Below are positions 1 to 12,266 of a DNA stretch of 64,000 nt, one piece after another (the first letter of the stretch is position 1; every line of letters starts with the position of its first letter). Below the pieces are notes generated by a model. That model searched no databases, had not been told where the DNA came from, and saw nothing but the letters and a program-made list of their open reading frames with translations. The DNA lies in contig NC_092675.1 in NCBI RefSeq assembly GCF_964355755.1, positions 27,748,912-27,812,911 of the forward strand, given 5' to 3'. This DNA is from Antedon mediterranea (taxonomy: Eukaryota > Animalia > Echinodermata). The position numbers and the translations under genes are program-made.

Positions 1-1463
1 GGTGCTACCACACGCGTTACATTACCTATCCCGATGAGTATTCAATTTCAATATTGTAATCAATAATATAAAATACATTAAATTACTGATAAATTAGCTT
101 GACTAGATGGTACGCTCGCTTCGCTCGCGTACCATCTAGGTCGTGCCCACAGATGGTTCTCGAATACACAGTAATTTCAGCGTAACAAAACTGGCGATTT
201 CAAATGTACGTACCGCAGGACTCTATACATTGTCGTTTACAGAAACGAATAAATAGACACGATGATTTATGTAGTCAACTAAAATTAGCACCCTGGGAAT
301 TACTTTCGAAGGAGAAACTTATCACAAAATTGATTTGGACTCATTTAAAGAAACCCAATTTGTGTTTTGTATGTAACATTAGGGTTGAGGGATGGGAAAG
401 CGGATAGGTACAAAGAGGAACAATTTTTAAATATATTCTTTATCCACTCAGTAACGAAATATTTTTTTCATGTTTTATAGGCCTATAAATAATATACCTC
501 TAAATACAGTAAAACATTTGCGATTTAATACTTTTTTTATTTTATTTATTTATTTATTTCTTTTAAATATTCATTGTACACTAATTTTCCCCTTGTATGG
601 CAAGAGATTCCTAATTATATTAGAGAACATTCTTTATTTAGTTTAGTTAAAACTGTCACTGTCATAATCGATTGAAATATTAAAGTACCATGTCACGATA
701 CACAACTACGACGTTTATATTTGGTAATTATTAATTAATACAAACGTTGATAAAGAACTGTCAGTATAAAGTTTATTTGTATATAATAATGTGTTTATAT
801 ATCTAAAAGTAGAGCCTATCCACAATCTCGCAAGTTTATTCTCAAAGGGCCCATATATTTACCTACCGTATGTGTTAAACCAAGGGTTCATAAATTTACC
901 TACAGTACTTGTGTTAAACCAAACTCTGGCAGACTGAGAGATTGGGATGTTCCATTCATCGCAAATCAATAGATTTGTATAATCGTATATTAAATCTATC
1001 AAAATAGTATTTTTTAAAGAAAATCGGCCTGTCTTCAACATTATGATGGTGTACTCTAGCTGTTCAACCGGTTTTCAGCTATTAAAAACAATTATCGTAG
1101 GAGGAGATAGGAAAATGCGAAGCCTCCTCGCATTTTTGTGGCGGGTATTTTTCAAGACGGACATCCATTAGACAGTGTATACCACGATCGGAAAACACCC
1201 CTATTTGGGGCAAATCGTTGAACCTAAATTCGTTTTAATCGTCAATAACTAATTATCTAACTCAATTTAATTAGTAAACAGTGTTACATCAGGTGGTTAA
1301 AATCAGTACCGAAAGTACGAACCAACTTTATATACCATCGAGTACAAATTCTAAATGTAAGGCGCGATTTACCGAATTTTGCCCTTACGTAAATTTATAT
1401 ATAGATACATGATAAGTATTAAGTGCTATGTTACCATGCAATTCACCAATATATACGGTATAT

Positions 1464-1640
1464 CACTTGCACTGATGTGAAGGGCAGTGTTGCCCGAAAG
1501 CTCTGCTAACTTTTCTGACTGTTTACTTTATCGTTTTGATTTAGCTTTTCGCTTTTTTTTTATATCTCCATCATTGAGATCCAGCCACTGATACCCACAG
1601 CATTGTCATTTTTTTCAGTAATTTGCCTTTGGATTTATAT
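1464..1640 (+). mobile_element. ~175-bp hammerhead-bearing repeat (PLE pseudo-LTR-like); inverted second copy 3180-3342, 3' fragment ~3126-3160
   Basis: Near-identical sequence in opposite orientations; copies sit next to TA runs. Confidence 0.7.
1468..1506 (+). ncRNA. Hammerhead motif copy with 2-nt insertion in the core (probably inactive)
   Basis: tgcaCTGATGtgAagggcagtgttgcccGAAAgctctgc; paralogue of 3301-3338. Confidence 0.55.
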
Positions 1641-1976
1641 AAGCAGACGGTCCGAGTTCGAATCTCGGTTGGGGCGACTTTTTCTCATTCTCCCAGATTT
1701 CCTCATCTTTATCGTTTCAAAAATTAATTAAAAATTTTCAGTGTATCACCGGGCGGTTTGGAATTTATTTCTATGCCTGTTGTGTTTATATATATATAAA
1801 AGTATCTCTCGAGATCCCGCTTAGTGAATAAATATACTGAATTATAGATGAGGGCGTATCAATTTGATCTCTGGTGCGCGTGCGTACAACTGAGGACTAG
1901 TTGTGTTCCAACCGTACCACGCCGAGAATGTTAAAGGGTCGTTATACGATCGAGTTAAAAGAACAATACCATGAAA

Positions 1977-2048
1977 GCCCCAGTGGTCTAATGGTTAGGG
2001 CAACTGCATATCAAGCAGACGGTCCGAGTTCGAGTCTCGGTTGGGGCG
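1977..2048 (+). pseudogene. tRNA-like sequence (anticodon ATC) embedded in a dispersed SINE-like repeat; 5'-truncated copy 1640-1800, diverged copy ~8012-8125, inverted tail fragments ~2180-2345
   Basis: GCCCCAG/TTGGGGC acceptor stem, A-box TGGTCTAATGG, CTGC-ATATCAA-GCAG anticodon arm, CCGAG-TTCGAGT-CTCGG T arm, T5 run at 2051-2055; shared downstream body ends in (TA)n. Confidence 0.7.
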
Positions 2049-2342
2049 ACTTTTTCTCATTCTCCCAGATTTCCTCATCTTTATCGTTTCAAAAATTAAT
2101 TAAATAATTTTCAGTGTATCACCGGGCGGTTTGGAATTTATTTCTATACCTGTTGTGTTTATATATATATATATATATAAACAAATCAGGCACAGAACAT
2201 TAATTCTAAACAGCCCGGTATATATAACGGTCTGATAATTTTTAATTTGTTCAACCTGAATATATATATATATTTATATATATATATATAAACAGAGCAG
2301 GCAAAGAACATTAATTCTAAACCGCCCGGTGATATACTGAAA

Positions 2343-2393
<51 letters not shown>

Positions 2394-2401
<8 letters not shown>

Positions 2402-3110
2402 AAGATCAAATAAGTTAAAACTGCCTCAATATAGATTTATTTTTACGACATGTTTCAGCGGACATAGCCCATCATCAGGTGAAGAGAATTGTAACAAAGG
2501 ATAACATATATAAGTCCCAAAATTACATAATAAAACAAATCAGCCAATCAAAGATGTTAACAAACAAAAGGCATAGTTATAAAGGCACGCCTCCAAAAGC
2601 TATGGGGTACAAAGCAGGAATGGTTGCTTATAAAGCAGGAAATTTAAAACAAAGACAAAAGCTTCAAGTGTAAATAATTGTTAATATGTGAATATCTCTG
2701 GCAAAATTAATGTTTAAAAGATCTAAATTGTACATTTATGCCGGTAGGGGCAAGAGTGCCAAGCTTTACAATTATTCTTTCTTCTATAATTTTACGAGAT
2801 GTCTCAGAACCATTACATACCTTAACACCAGAAATTGTAATATCCGAAAGGGAATGCTCATTATTAAAAAAATGGGTGGCTACAGGTAATCCGGGAGTCT
2901 TTAGTTTAATAGACCTTAAATGTTCTACAAACCTATCACCTAACCTACGTTTAGTTTCACCAATATAAAGCATATTACATTTAGTACACGAAATACAATA
3001 AACTAGATTTCTAGTGGTGCACGTAATACGATCTGTGATAACATAATTACCAGAAGGTCTTACTATTTGGTTTGAACATGAAACGTAATTACATGTCGAA
3101 CATCTATTTA
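2394..3110 (-). mobile_element. Penelope-like retroelement 3' remnant (CxxC + GIY-YIG endonuclease)
   Basis: The frame of ORF 2707..2973 extends upstream as RCSTCNY...ITCTTRNLVYCISCTKCNMLYIGETKRRLGDRFVEH...VATHF...E..II.KLGTL.P.GIN. A hammerhead motif lies in the 3' region, and the 3' end (…tcttgatttttt) abuts (TA)n. Confidence 0.9.
2445..2481 (-). ncRNA. Minimal type I hammerhead ribozyme motif in PLE 3' region
   Basis: Minus strand acCTGATGAtgggctatgtccgctGAAACatGTCgt: catalytic core, palindromic ACATGT stem III; stem II imperfect. Confidence 0.65.
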
Positions 3111-3300
3111 TTCTATCTATCTATTTTGTCATTATTTTCAGTAATTTGCCTTTGGATTTATACATATATATATGGGGCTAAGGCAAATTACTGAAAAAAT
3201 GACAATGCTGTGGGTATCAGTGGCTGGATCTCAATGGAGATACAAAAATAAAAAGCGAAAAGCTAAATCAAAACAATAAAGTAAACAGCCAGAAAAGTTA

Positions 3301-3338
3301 GCAGAGCTTTCGGGCAACACTAGCCCTTCATCAGTGCA
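3301..3338 (-). ncRNA. Minimal hammerhead ribozyme motif
   Basis: Minus strand tgcaCTGATGAagggc-tagtgtt-gcccGAAAgcTCtgc: intact core, 4-bp GC stem II, palindromic AGCT stem III, 3-bp stem I. Confidence 0.75.
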
Positions 3339-3369
3339 AGTGAAGGAATTTGGATAACGTCATAGTATT

Positions 3370-3649
<280 letters not shown>

Positions 3650-4622
3650 TAGTTAAAGTGCATTCGAAAAAGCCTTTGAGTTTAGTATAATATTGTGGAT
3701 TCCAGTTTAATAAGTGCTTAATATAAGAATAATACAGTGACGTTTGTACAATAATTAGCAATTACTATAACTGTAACGTTTGTTTTTTGAGTATATACAA
3801 AAACTAACACAGTGCATGGAAACGCCATTTCACAATAACATCATTGTAAATAGGATAAGAACACGTTACGCAGTGTAGCAACGCAAAAGCTCGGTTCCCA
3901 TTACCATCATCACGAACTATCACTTCGGTCAACCCACTTGCGTAGCGCCTACGTCATTGCGTTTCGCCCTAGATGGCGCAAACATTACGTTACGACTGCA
4001 TGAGCACCGTGCTGTAGAGGCAACAGTTACGCAATCCTTACACTTGCAAAATGACGGAAAATCAAATACAAAATTAATTGACTGCGATGCGTCCTGAGCC
4101 TAGACCATTACCTACTTCTAATCAGACATTATGTCTAATATGAATTATAATATATAAATGTCAATTCATACAATAATTAATTTACAAGTTGAGGGGGAGG
4201 AATACAAAAATCCCTATTTAATAATAGGCCTAGCGGTAATTAAATCGGTGTTCAAACATTGTTCACAAAACAACCTCGGTGCACCGATTGGTAACCCGTC
4301 AAAATTAGAGAGTTTGGCCAAACTTACATATCCGTGTCACAACACGTATACGGTTACGTTTAAATTTATAGCATTTTTTTATTTTACGCATCATTAGGCC
4401 TAGAGGTTTAAAGGTATGTAGGCGTAGGAGGTAGGTATAGCCTAGTATTATCTAGAGGCCTAAGGAAACAGTTTTCTTGAAACATTTTAATAACAAAACA
4501 TACAGAATTTCCTTGAATACGTTTGTTTTGCTGGTAAATGTGATCTGTGCCACGTTTAACAACTTAATTTAATGTAATTAATATGTGTGACGTAGTATGC
4601 GTATAATACGGATACGTTACGG

Positions 4623-4650
4623 CATGGATTAATGAATTCATTAATCCATG
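4623..4650. mobile_element. 28-bp palindromic micro-element with 7-bp TSD GTTACGG
   Basis: gttacgg|catggattaatgaattcattaatccatg|gttacgg. Confidence 0.8.
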
Positions 4651-5044
4651 GTTACGGTGTCGGTGTGTTTTGTTTTGGCTTCTTCTCCATGTGAATCACT
4701 CTTTATTTGGTCTAATAGATGACGTCTGAAAATGCAGAATAGATTCCATTCCAATCTCAAAAGATTATTTCTATAATTTCTTAACCAACCGAAATTAACC
4801 TGATCTGAGTAATAAATCTAGTGTATTGCATATAATCCCTAATTATTTCTTCTTGTATAGGCCTATTGTTATTCAATTTAGACCAAATAAATGAATGAAC
4901 GAACGAATGAACGTAATTCGGCAAGGGTTGTTAAATTGAAAAAAACAAAAACATTTAAGCTTATCGTGATGTTTTCATAGTTGATTTCTATTTTCCCCCT
5001 TAATGATACTTTTTTTTTTACATTTGCTACAATATTTATTACCT

Positions 5045-5191
5045 TAAGTCTGTTTTTCCCTTAGCGAATATATTCGCGCGAATCGAAAATTCTTTACGTC
5101 ACAAAAAGTAGATGAAAATATTAATACGCATGCGCATTAGTGAACACTTTCGAATTGCTCGAAACAATTCGCTAGAGTAGAAAGCCGGCTT
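5045..5191. mobile_element. Degenerate MITE (Harbinger-like termini)
   Basis: Imperfect TIRs aagtctgtttttcccttagcgaa / ttcgctagagtagaaagccggctt. Confidence 0.4.
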
Positions 5192-5981
5192 TTGTGCCGT
5201 TTATTTCCATAATATATGATCTAGATTCTAGACAAGCATGTAATGCATAACAGCAAAATATTAAAAAGAACGTAAAAAAATAATCGATTTTATGTTGCGA
5301 AGAGTTTTATGTGATAACATTAGGTTATAGTGTAGATATGTGGACCTACCTGTAAATTAATATGATGAATAGCCTATGTGTTATTAGATTGACTGTGAAA
5401 GAGTTGATGTATTACTTGACTCACATTTAATATAGTATATAAGCACGGTTTTTCCGGAAAATTGCCGAGAAGTATGCTCGGTTGGTTTCAAAATATTATT
5501 GTTATTCTCCTTCGTTTTAGAGTTTATTGGTTTACGATAAAATTCAATACATAACCATTATACCAGAATAGGCCTACATGTTATCTTCAAACGTTATTAT
5601 TTATTACCGTACTGCTGCGTATAATTTAAATTAAAGTTGTGGAGAGGGGTTGGGCGGTATTGTGTATAGTGATGTGTGTAATATACACTCACTATATTTT
5701 CCTATGAAATTGCTAATTTCCTTTCTTTGTGCATCTTATACGTTTGTCGTTTGTTACACCTAGGTATACACCAAAATACAACCTTATGGGTTGATATTTA
5801 ATATGTTTTTTGTTTATTGGTATTAATAATAATATATAGTTATGGTAAAGATATTGATGTCCATTTCATTGTTTGGTCGTTTATATAGCTTATATAGTCG
5901 CTTGTATTTTATGCTGCACAGGCGAATATAGTTGTTGTTGTTATTATTATCATTATTATCATTCAGGTTAATTGTGAGTGA

Positions 5982-6162
5982 ATGATGGCTGAACCTGAGC
6001 CCGAACCGCCACAGGCTTCGGCTTCTTCCGAACCCGAGCCTACATCCGAGCCAGAATTCACGGATACTGTCCAATGGATCCTTGTTGTTATTGCAGTCAT
6101 ATTTATTATTGTTGGTACGATCGGTAATTCATTAGTAATCCTGACAATTGTACGTATGACAA
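5982..6162 (+). CDS. Class A GPCR coding exon 1 (acidic Pro/Glu-rich N-terminus + TM1)
   Basis: MMAEPEPEPP...WILVVIAVIFIIVGTIGNSLVILTIVRMT followed by donor gtaagt. Confidence 0.88.
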
Positions 6163-9100
6163 GTAAGTATCCATATCATAACATTCAATTGATATTAAAA
6201 CATCATAATTATTAGAAAGAAGTATGCGCCTACACCATCAGTCAGATACGACAGTATCATTATGATATTAATATCTTGGTATATTATACGGAAATGGATG
6301 CATATATGGAACTGAAACATAAATACCATATTTATTCGAACAAAAAACGCCTCCCTCGAATAAACTCCCCCTCCCCCATTTTAAATAAACCCCACCCCAT
6401 ATTTTGAATAAACGTCCCCTTCAAATACACGCCCGAAAATTACCCAAACCCTTTGAATACCGTTGATATGCAGTATCTTTAACTGATGGTTCTTCATCCT
6501 TGTTGGCACAATATAATGTCCTTTATGCTCGATGAATCTTGGAAACAGCATTATAATATAAGCCAAAAAAGTTGTTGACCAAACAGGTAAAATTCTGGCA
6601 ATGAAATAGCAACTTTGATTGCAGATGAAGATGCTCACTTGTTATACCAAAAACTGAAATATGACATTATTTATTTCATGTGTCATTTCAATTTTGGATG
6701 TTTCCATACACGTTTGATCCAATAGACTGGGTAATAATGTTTCAAAACATATATAAATATAAATCCACGATATTATTGTATGAAAACTATTAATTTGATA
6801 TCTAATTATTATACTATAAATTAAACTTATATTTATGTGTGTAAGCCTACATATTACCACTAATTGCAAAGCATATATAGCTTAATGTTTATTGCGTAAT
6901 AATTGTTTAATGGGCTAGGCCGGCTATGTGCAGGTGTTCACAGGTCCCCAGGGCACAGAGAACTACATGCACAACAGGCCTAGGATATGCGCAAAAGCAA
7001 GGCAAGTCAGAAATTTATGCGAGGCATCGTTTTACCATCATCAAAAAATGCGAGGCATCATTTTATCATTTCCCAAAATTTAGGATCGATTATTATTCTT
7101 TGAAAACAGAACAGTATCAGCAGTAACATATTACAGCATTTTTATTGGCAAATTAACAAATATATTGAGATTAAACGTGTTTTTCACCAATAAATGCATG
7201 AGAAATTGACGCATTCCACTTTGTTTTAGTCCTCTATTATCATTTTGGCCGTGAAGCTAGTTAATTCTATTTCCTTATTCTGAATTGAAGGCATTATATA
7301 CGGTATAATACTGTAGATGAAAAAACCTCAAAACGGAACCTCTAATTCCTCTGGTATCCAGTATCATTTACTACTATGGCTAATGCTATCATCTTGCACT
7401 ATTGATAATTTTATAAATTACAGTACCTTTTTTTGTAAACATTTTGTACTGTACTTTTATAAGTGTTACCCCAAATTTCACAACAATCATTAATATATGG
7501 TAATATCAATGCATAAATAAAATAAATTATACACTACTTTTTAGCAGTTTTCTCAATTTATATATTATTATTATACTGATGTCTTTATCAATTGTTGTTT
7601 GTTAACATGTTTGTTTTTTTACCAATTTTACAATCAATTTCTATTCCGAGAAATGTTTTGATATAAATACGTTGTTGTTGTATTGAATTGATTCTGTGAA
7701 GTCTTTTTAACCAACTCTTTCATTATCATTATGAACAAACAATTTGAACATTGTAGTCAACTTATACCAGCCACGATATGACTTGAATGAAAAAAACAAT
7801 CGTTACATAAAAATAAACAACATAGCATGATGAGTGTATACACGAATCTATTTCGATACGCTAGACCTATTTTAAAAATATAAATAATTGATTATTAGGC
7901 CTATAATATAGCATAATAGCACGTTAAGAAATGCCTCGCACCTTTTTGAAATTGTAAACTATATGCCTCGCATGCCTCACACTTATATTTGGTGTTCCTC
8001 GCTGCCTCGCAGAATCGAATTGGAACAATACAATGAAAACCCCAGTGGTCTAATGGTTAGGAGATCTGCATATCAAGCAGAAGGTTCCGGGTTTGAATCT
8101 CGGAGAGGGCTTTTTCTCATTCTTTTTTCATTTTCATTTGTTTTTTTGCCTCGCACTTTGTTACTACCCTGTGTGTGTGTGTGTGTGTTTAAAATAAGCG
8201 CCATCTTTGATTTCAACATGGCGGCTGTTTACTACTTTAATAACAATATATTTGGAATCCTCAGTATCACAAACATAGGTACTGTATAGGCATCATTTCT
8301 AACCTACTAGGTTACTTATATGTCAAGTTATAAGCCAAAATACGTTTTAAATGGTGACCATCTTGAATTCCAACATGGAGGCTGAAATAGAATATTTAAA
8401 ACTTTAATAACAATATTTATTTGGAATCCTCAGTATCACAAACATAGGTATATAAACTATTTTTAACTTGCTATGTTAATTAAAAGTCAAGTTATAAGCC
8501 AAAATACGTTTAAAATGGCGGCTATCTTGGATTTCAACATGGCGGCTGAAATAGAATATTTGCAACTTTAATAACAATATAGTTGGAATCTTCACTATCA
8601 CAAACATAGGTATAGACACCATTTTTAACTTGCTACGTCACTTAAAAGTCAAGTTATAAGCCAAAATAAGTCTGAAATGGCGGCAATTTTGTTTTTAACA
8701 TTTTAAGGGTGAAGATCTAAAAATTGAGCCGGGTAAACAGCAAATTTGATTTCAGCACCCCAAAATTACCCTAAAACACATGTTTATTCGCTTTTAACAC
8801 GAAATGCCTACAGCATCTTATTAGAGTAGAAATATGACTATCTGGACTAGTCTAATTACGCATACTGCACTTTGCATCGATACGTCGCTGCGTTGCGTTG
8901 CGTTCTAGTTGGAACCACGCTGGTCCAATTGACGGATGTTATCAACAGCCAAGGGTCTAATTTAACATTTCTTCGGTTGCAATCTACTTCTGAAGATTTT
9001 TTGTATTGTTTTTAAGCCATGATGTAATATTAAACAATCAACTAATTATATCAAAGGAAGGCGTCCTTATCAAATAAGGCAATTTCTAATATTTAATATA

Positions 9101-11352
9101 CGCATATTATTTTATATAAACGCATATTGTTAGTGCAGATTACATCTATAACTGCACAGTACACACATAATGCAGGTATTATGGGTAATAATTTTTGTAG
9201 TTTGTATTATCAGTAGTATACGTATGAAACGCGAAATGTGCCAAAATATTTATCTTTTTTACAAATATTACGGTCTAGAACCTATATAGCACTTTGGTAA
9301 AAATCGGATTAATCAACTTTGCAAATGCCTTCGTAAACATTTGAATATAATACGTTCGTACATATTACTGTATTTGTTTGTCTTCATCTTCAGCAAGGTT
9401 AAGATCTTTGTATTTTGGTTATTTCCGATCATTAAACTTAAGGCCCATTCACACTAGGACGATAACGATCGACGATAATAGACAATTATTTGCATTTTTC
9501 ATACATAAAATAAAAGAAATATAAAACCTTTTCATTCTAGAACTATAGAATAACCATCTATGCTTCCTGTGATGAAAATTATATTTTCACACGTCCAATC
9601 AAATGACGTCATGATTAGTAAGAGCAATAATATCGTGACAATACAACGATTTTATTGTTTTTATGTATCATGACGTCATTTGATTGGAATTTTAAAAATA
9701 TTATTTTTATCAAAGACAGCATAAATGATTATCCTATAGTCCTAGAACGAAATACTTTCTAATTTCTTTTGTTTTATGTTAAAAAAATGCATGCTTATAT
9801 ATTTATCGTCGATCGTTATCGTCCTAGTGTAAATGGGCCTTTAACCTGATGCAGGACCACATGTAATACTCATGAGATGCTTTATTATGGAGTTTCATAA
9901 TGACTACCAAATATTTTATATGCGGAGATACTACACTGACATTAATGAAAATATTATAATGTAATATTACAATAATTTGAATTATTTTGTTCACAGATCG
10001 ATCTATAACCGAGATATTTCTGACATCATTGGCGGTTGCCGATCTTCTCGTCTGCATTGCCTGTATTCCTCTACTGATTGTTGGCATCACTGTCCACAGT
10101 GGTCACACTGGCTTCTCATACATACTCGAGCAACAGATATTTTACTCATCTTCGGTCGCATCTATTCTAAATCTTACCGCCGTTGCTATAGACCGTCATG
10201 ACGTAATCATGAATCCGATGAACCGTAAAATAACGGTGAAAAGATGTAAATACGTTTTGGTGGCTGTTTGGGCAATCTCTCTTTTAGTTGCCGTGGTGAT
10301 CTACTTCATCCCGTCGAAATACGAATGGATCCTTCTTGGTTTGTTCCTGTTTACTCCGTTGTATCTTATGATTCACTGTTATGTGAAAGTTCTAAAGAAA
10401 GCAAAGGAATCGGCAGAAAAGGTCTTGTCTGAAAAAAGTAATGGCGGCGCAACAAAAAAGAAAGGTCGTGTGGATAAAACTGTTCGAATGGTTGTTGTTA
10501 TTGTGGTCATGTTTTGTGTCAGCTGGATTCCATCTCTGATTGTCCGTTTCTTAAAATACACCATAGACATTGAGGACTTGCTTTTGGCAGTGTTAGAAAT
10601 CTCATCATGCCTAGTAGCGTATGGTGGCAGTTCGCTCAACTTTCTTGTCTACGCATTCATGAGTAGAAAGTTCAAGAACACAATGATGCAGGTAAATAAT
10701 AGTCTGGAAACGTTGTTAATTCAGAAACAACGCATTTGTTTTAATCTTAAAATGATTCATTGGCTGATTTAGCGTCAACTATGCACCAGATTCTCTGTAT
10801 TGTACGGTATTTCATTATTATGGCATTATCTGTGTGGCGGTATTATAGGCTAATTCTGAATACAGTGTTAGGCTACATATTCAATTCAATTAAAAATTAT
10901 ATGCAAAAGGAAAAAGCAAGGATCTTACAGAAAAATGTAAAATGTGTTTCTGTAATTGTAAGACCCTTTACAAAAAGTAAATAGTATACCAATGTATGTA
11001 TCACATGTGGCACCTGAATTATGTTTCTACATGCGTCACATGTGATCCATATGTGACATTGTATTACACAATTTGATACTGGACCAATTATATAGCTATA
11101 GATACAGTATTCGAAAAAAATATGTTCTTAAACTATACTTTGCCATATAGAATCCTGCAATGTTTCTTATGTTGGTTTTAATACAGGTTCTGAAAAGTTA
11201 GCCTAATAATAATAACAAATTACCGTAATTTACAATTATTTGCTATATTTTTTCTTTAATTTGTTATTTCTTTTCAGATGTTTTTCAAAAGAGGTAAAGT
11301 GATGCCCTTTAGAAATACCGCAGGTCTTTCAATGTTACAAACCGATATATAA
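5982..11352 (+). CDS. Rhodopsin-like (class A) GPCR, orphan; 3 coding exons 5982-6162, 9997-10691, 11278-11352 (~316 aa)
   Basis: TM1 GxxGN (IVGTIGNSLVI), TM2 SLAVADLL, TM3 AIDRH, TM4 W, TM6 FCVSWIP, TM7 SSLNFLVYAFM + helix 8 (RKFKNTM). Exon 1 ends phase 1 at gtaagt (6163), and exon 2 starts after ttcacag with a matching phase. Exon 2 ends phase 0 at gtaaat (10692). Exon 3 starts after ttttcag and reads MFFKRGKVMPFRNTAGLSMLQTDI*. Confidence 0.9.
8190..8850. repeat. ~160-bp tandem repeat (3+ units, aaaatggcggc/catcttgga motif) inside a probable non-autonomous element
   Basis: Units recur near 8200, 8358, 8521 and 8684. Confidence 0.75.
9441..9840. mobile_element. 400-bp fold-back MITE, PIF/Harbinger-like, TTA TSD, in GPCR intron 1
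   Basis: TIR aggcccattcacactaggacgataacgatcgacgataa / ttatcgtcgatcgttatcgtcctagtgtaaatgggcct; flanked by TTA on both sides; interior also imperfectly palindromic. Confidence 0.88.
9997..10691 (+). CDS. Class A GPCR coding exon 2 (TM2-TM7, helix 8)
   Basis: Lies within ORF 9987..10772 with conserved class A motifs; bounded by acceptor cacag and donor gtaaat. Confidence 0.93.
11278..11352 (+). CDS. Class A GPCR terminal coding exon
   Basis: Long pyrimidine tract + cag acceptor, phase 0, 24 codons ending ...QTDI-stop. Confidence 0.72.
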   Translation: MFFKRGKVMPFRNTAGLSMLQTDI

Positions 11353-12066
11353 CCAGAGATCAGAGACTGCTGCTTTTACGATCTCCAAAACAGTCGTTCA
11401 AAATATATATACATGACATACACTATTTACAGTGGATAAATGTTGATCTCACTGTAATACAGTATGCAATTATTGTACTGCAGTTACTGCAGTACACTTT
11501 GTTTAATAATCTTTAAAACTTGTTTATGCAATTATTTAGCAAGCTTTTTCTGAACACACCTTTACTGCTCCATAAATTCGTTCAAAAAACTAAAAACTAA
11601 AATAATAAATTATTGTAGTAAAAATGAATGTCGTTACTACAGTCAATGCAGTAGAATAATTTAGATACGAAACGCTGAATTTAAGGCACGGAACGTGTTT
11701 GTCAATAGTTAGGACAATGAAAATGATCACGAGTAATGTAATTTCACTCTTATGCAGTTATTAGTATTATTACGTGACAATTAATTGTCATTTTTACATT
11801 GTCATTCGCTATTAGCTTGACGATTTGAGTTGTTAAAAAATCTAAAAAACATTCCTAAATTTACTACAAAAGCTGAAGTCAAATGTCAATCTTTTGAGTC
11901 ATTGCTTTAAGTAATATACAATGAAGTACGACATGTTATTATGATATTTATAATAATTATATCACCATTATAAGACCATTATAGTAAGTAATCATTATAA
12001 TAGTTGAGAGATAATAGTTGTTGCGACAATGAAGATATTATTAAAGTTAAATCCTATAGAGTGCAT

Positions 12067-12266
12067 TGTTACAACCGTTAATGTAGAAAACGCCAGCTAA
12101 TGTCGAAACAACCGTTAATGTAGAACAACCAACCGCTTATGTAGTAAAACCTCCAGCTTATGTGTTTCTACATAAGCTGGAGGTTTTACTACATAAGCGG
12201 TGGATTGTTCTACATTAACGGTTGTTTCGACATTAGCTGGCGTTTTCTACATTAGCGGTTGTAACA
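12067..12266. mobile_element. 200-bp near-perfect palindromic element with TGT...ACA termini and 5-bp TSD TGCAT (Ginger-like MITE)
   Basis: tgcat|tgttacaaccg...cggttgtaaca|tgcat; ~97-bp arms built from ~20-bp subrepeats. Confidence 0.82.

Noticed and set aside
1901-2107. ORFs 1901..2107 and 7963..8289 sharing a peptide
   Set aside because: Both overlap copies of the tRNA-like repeat.
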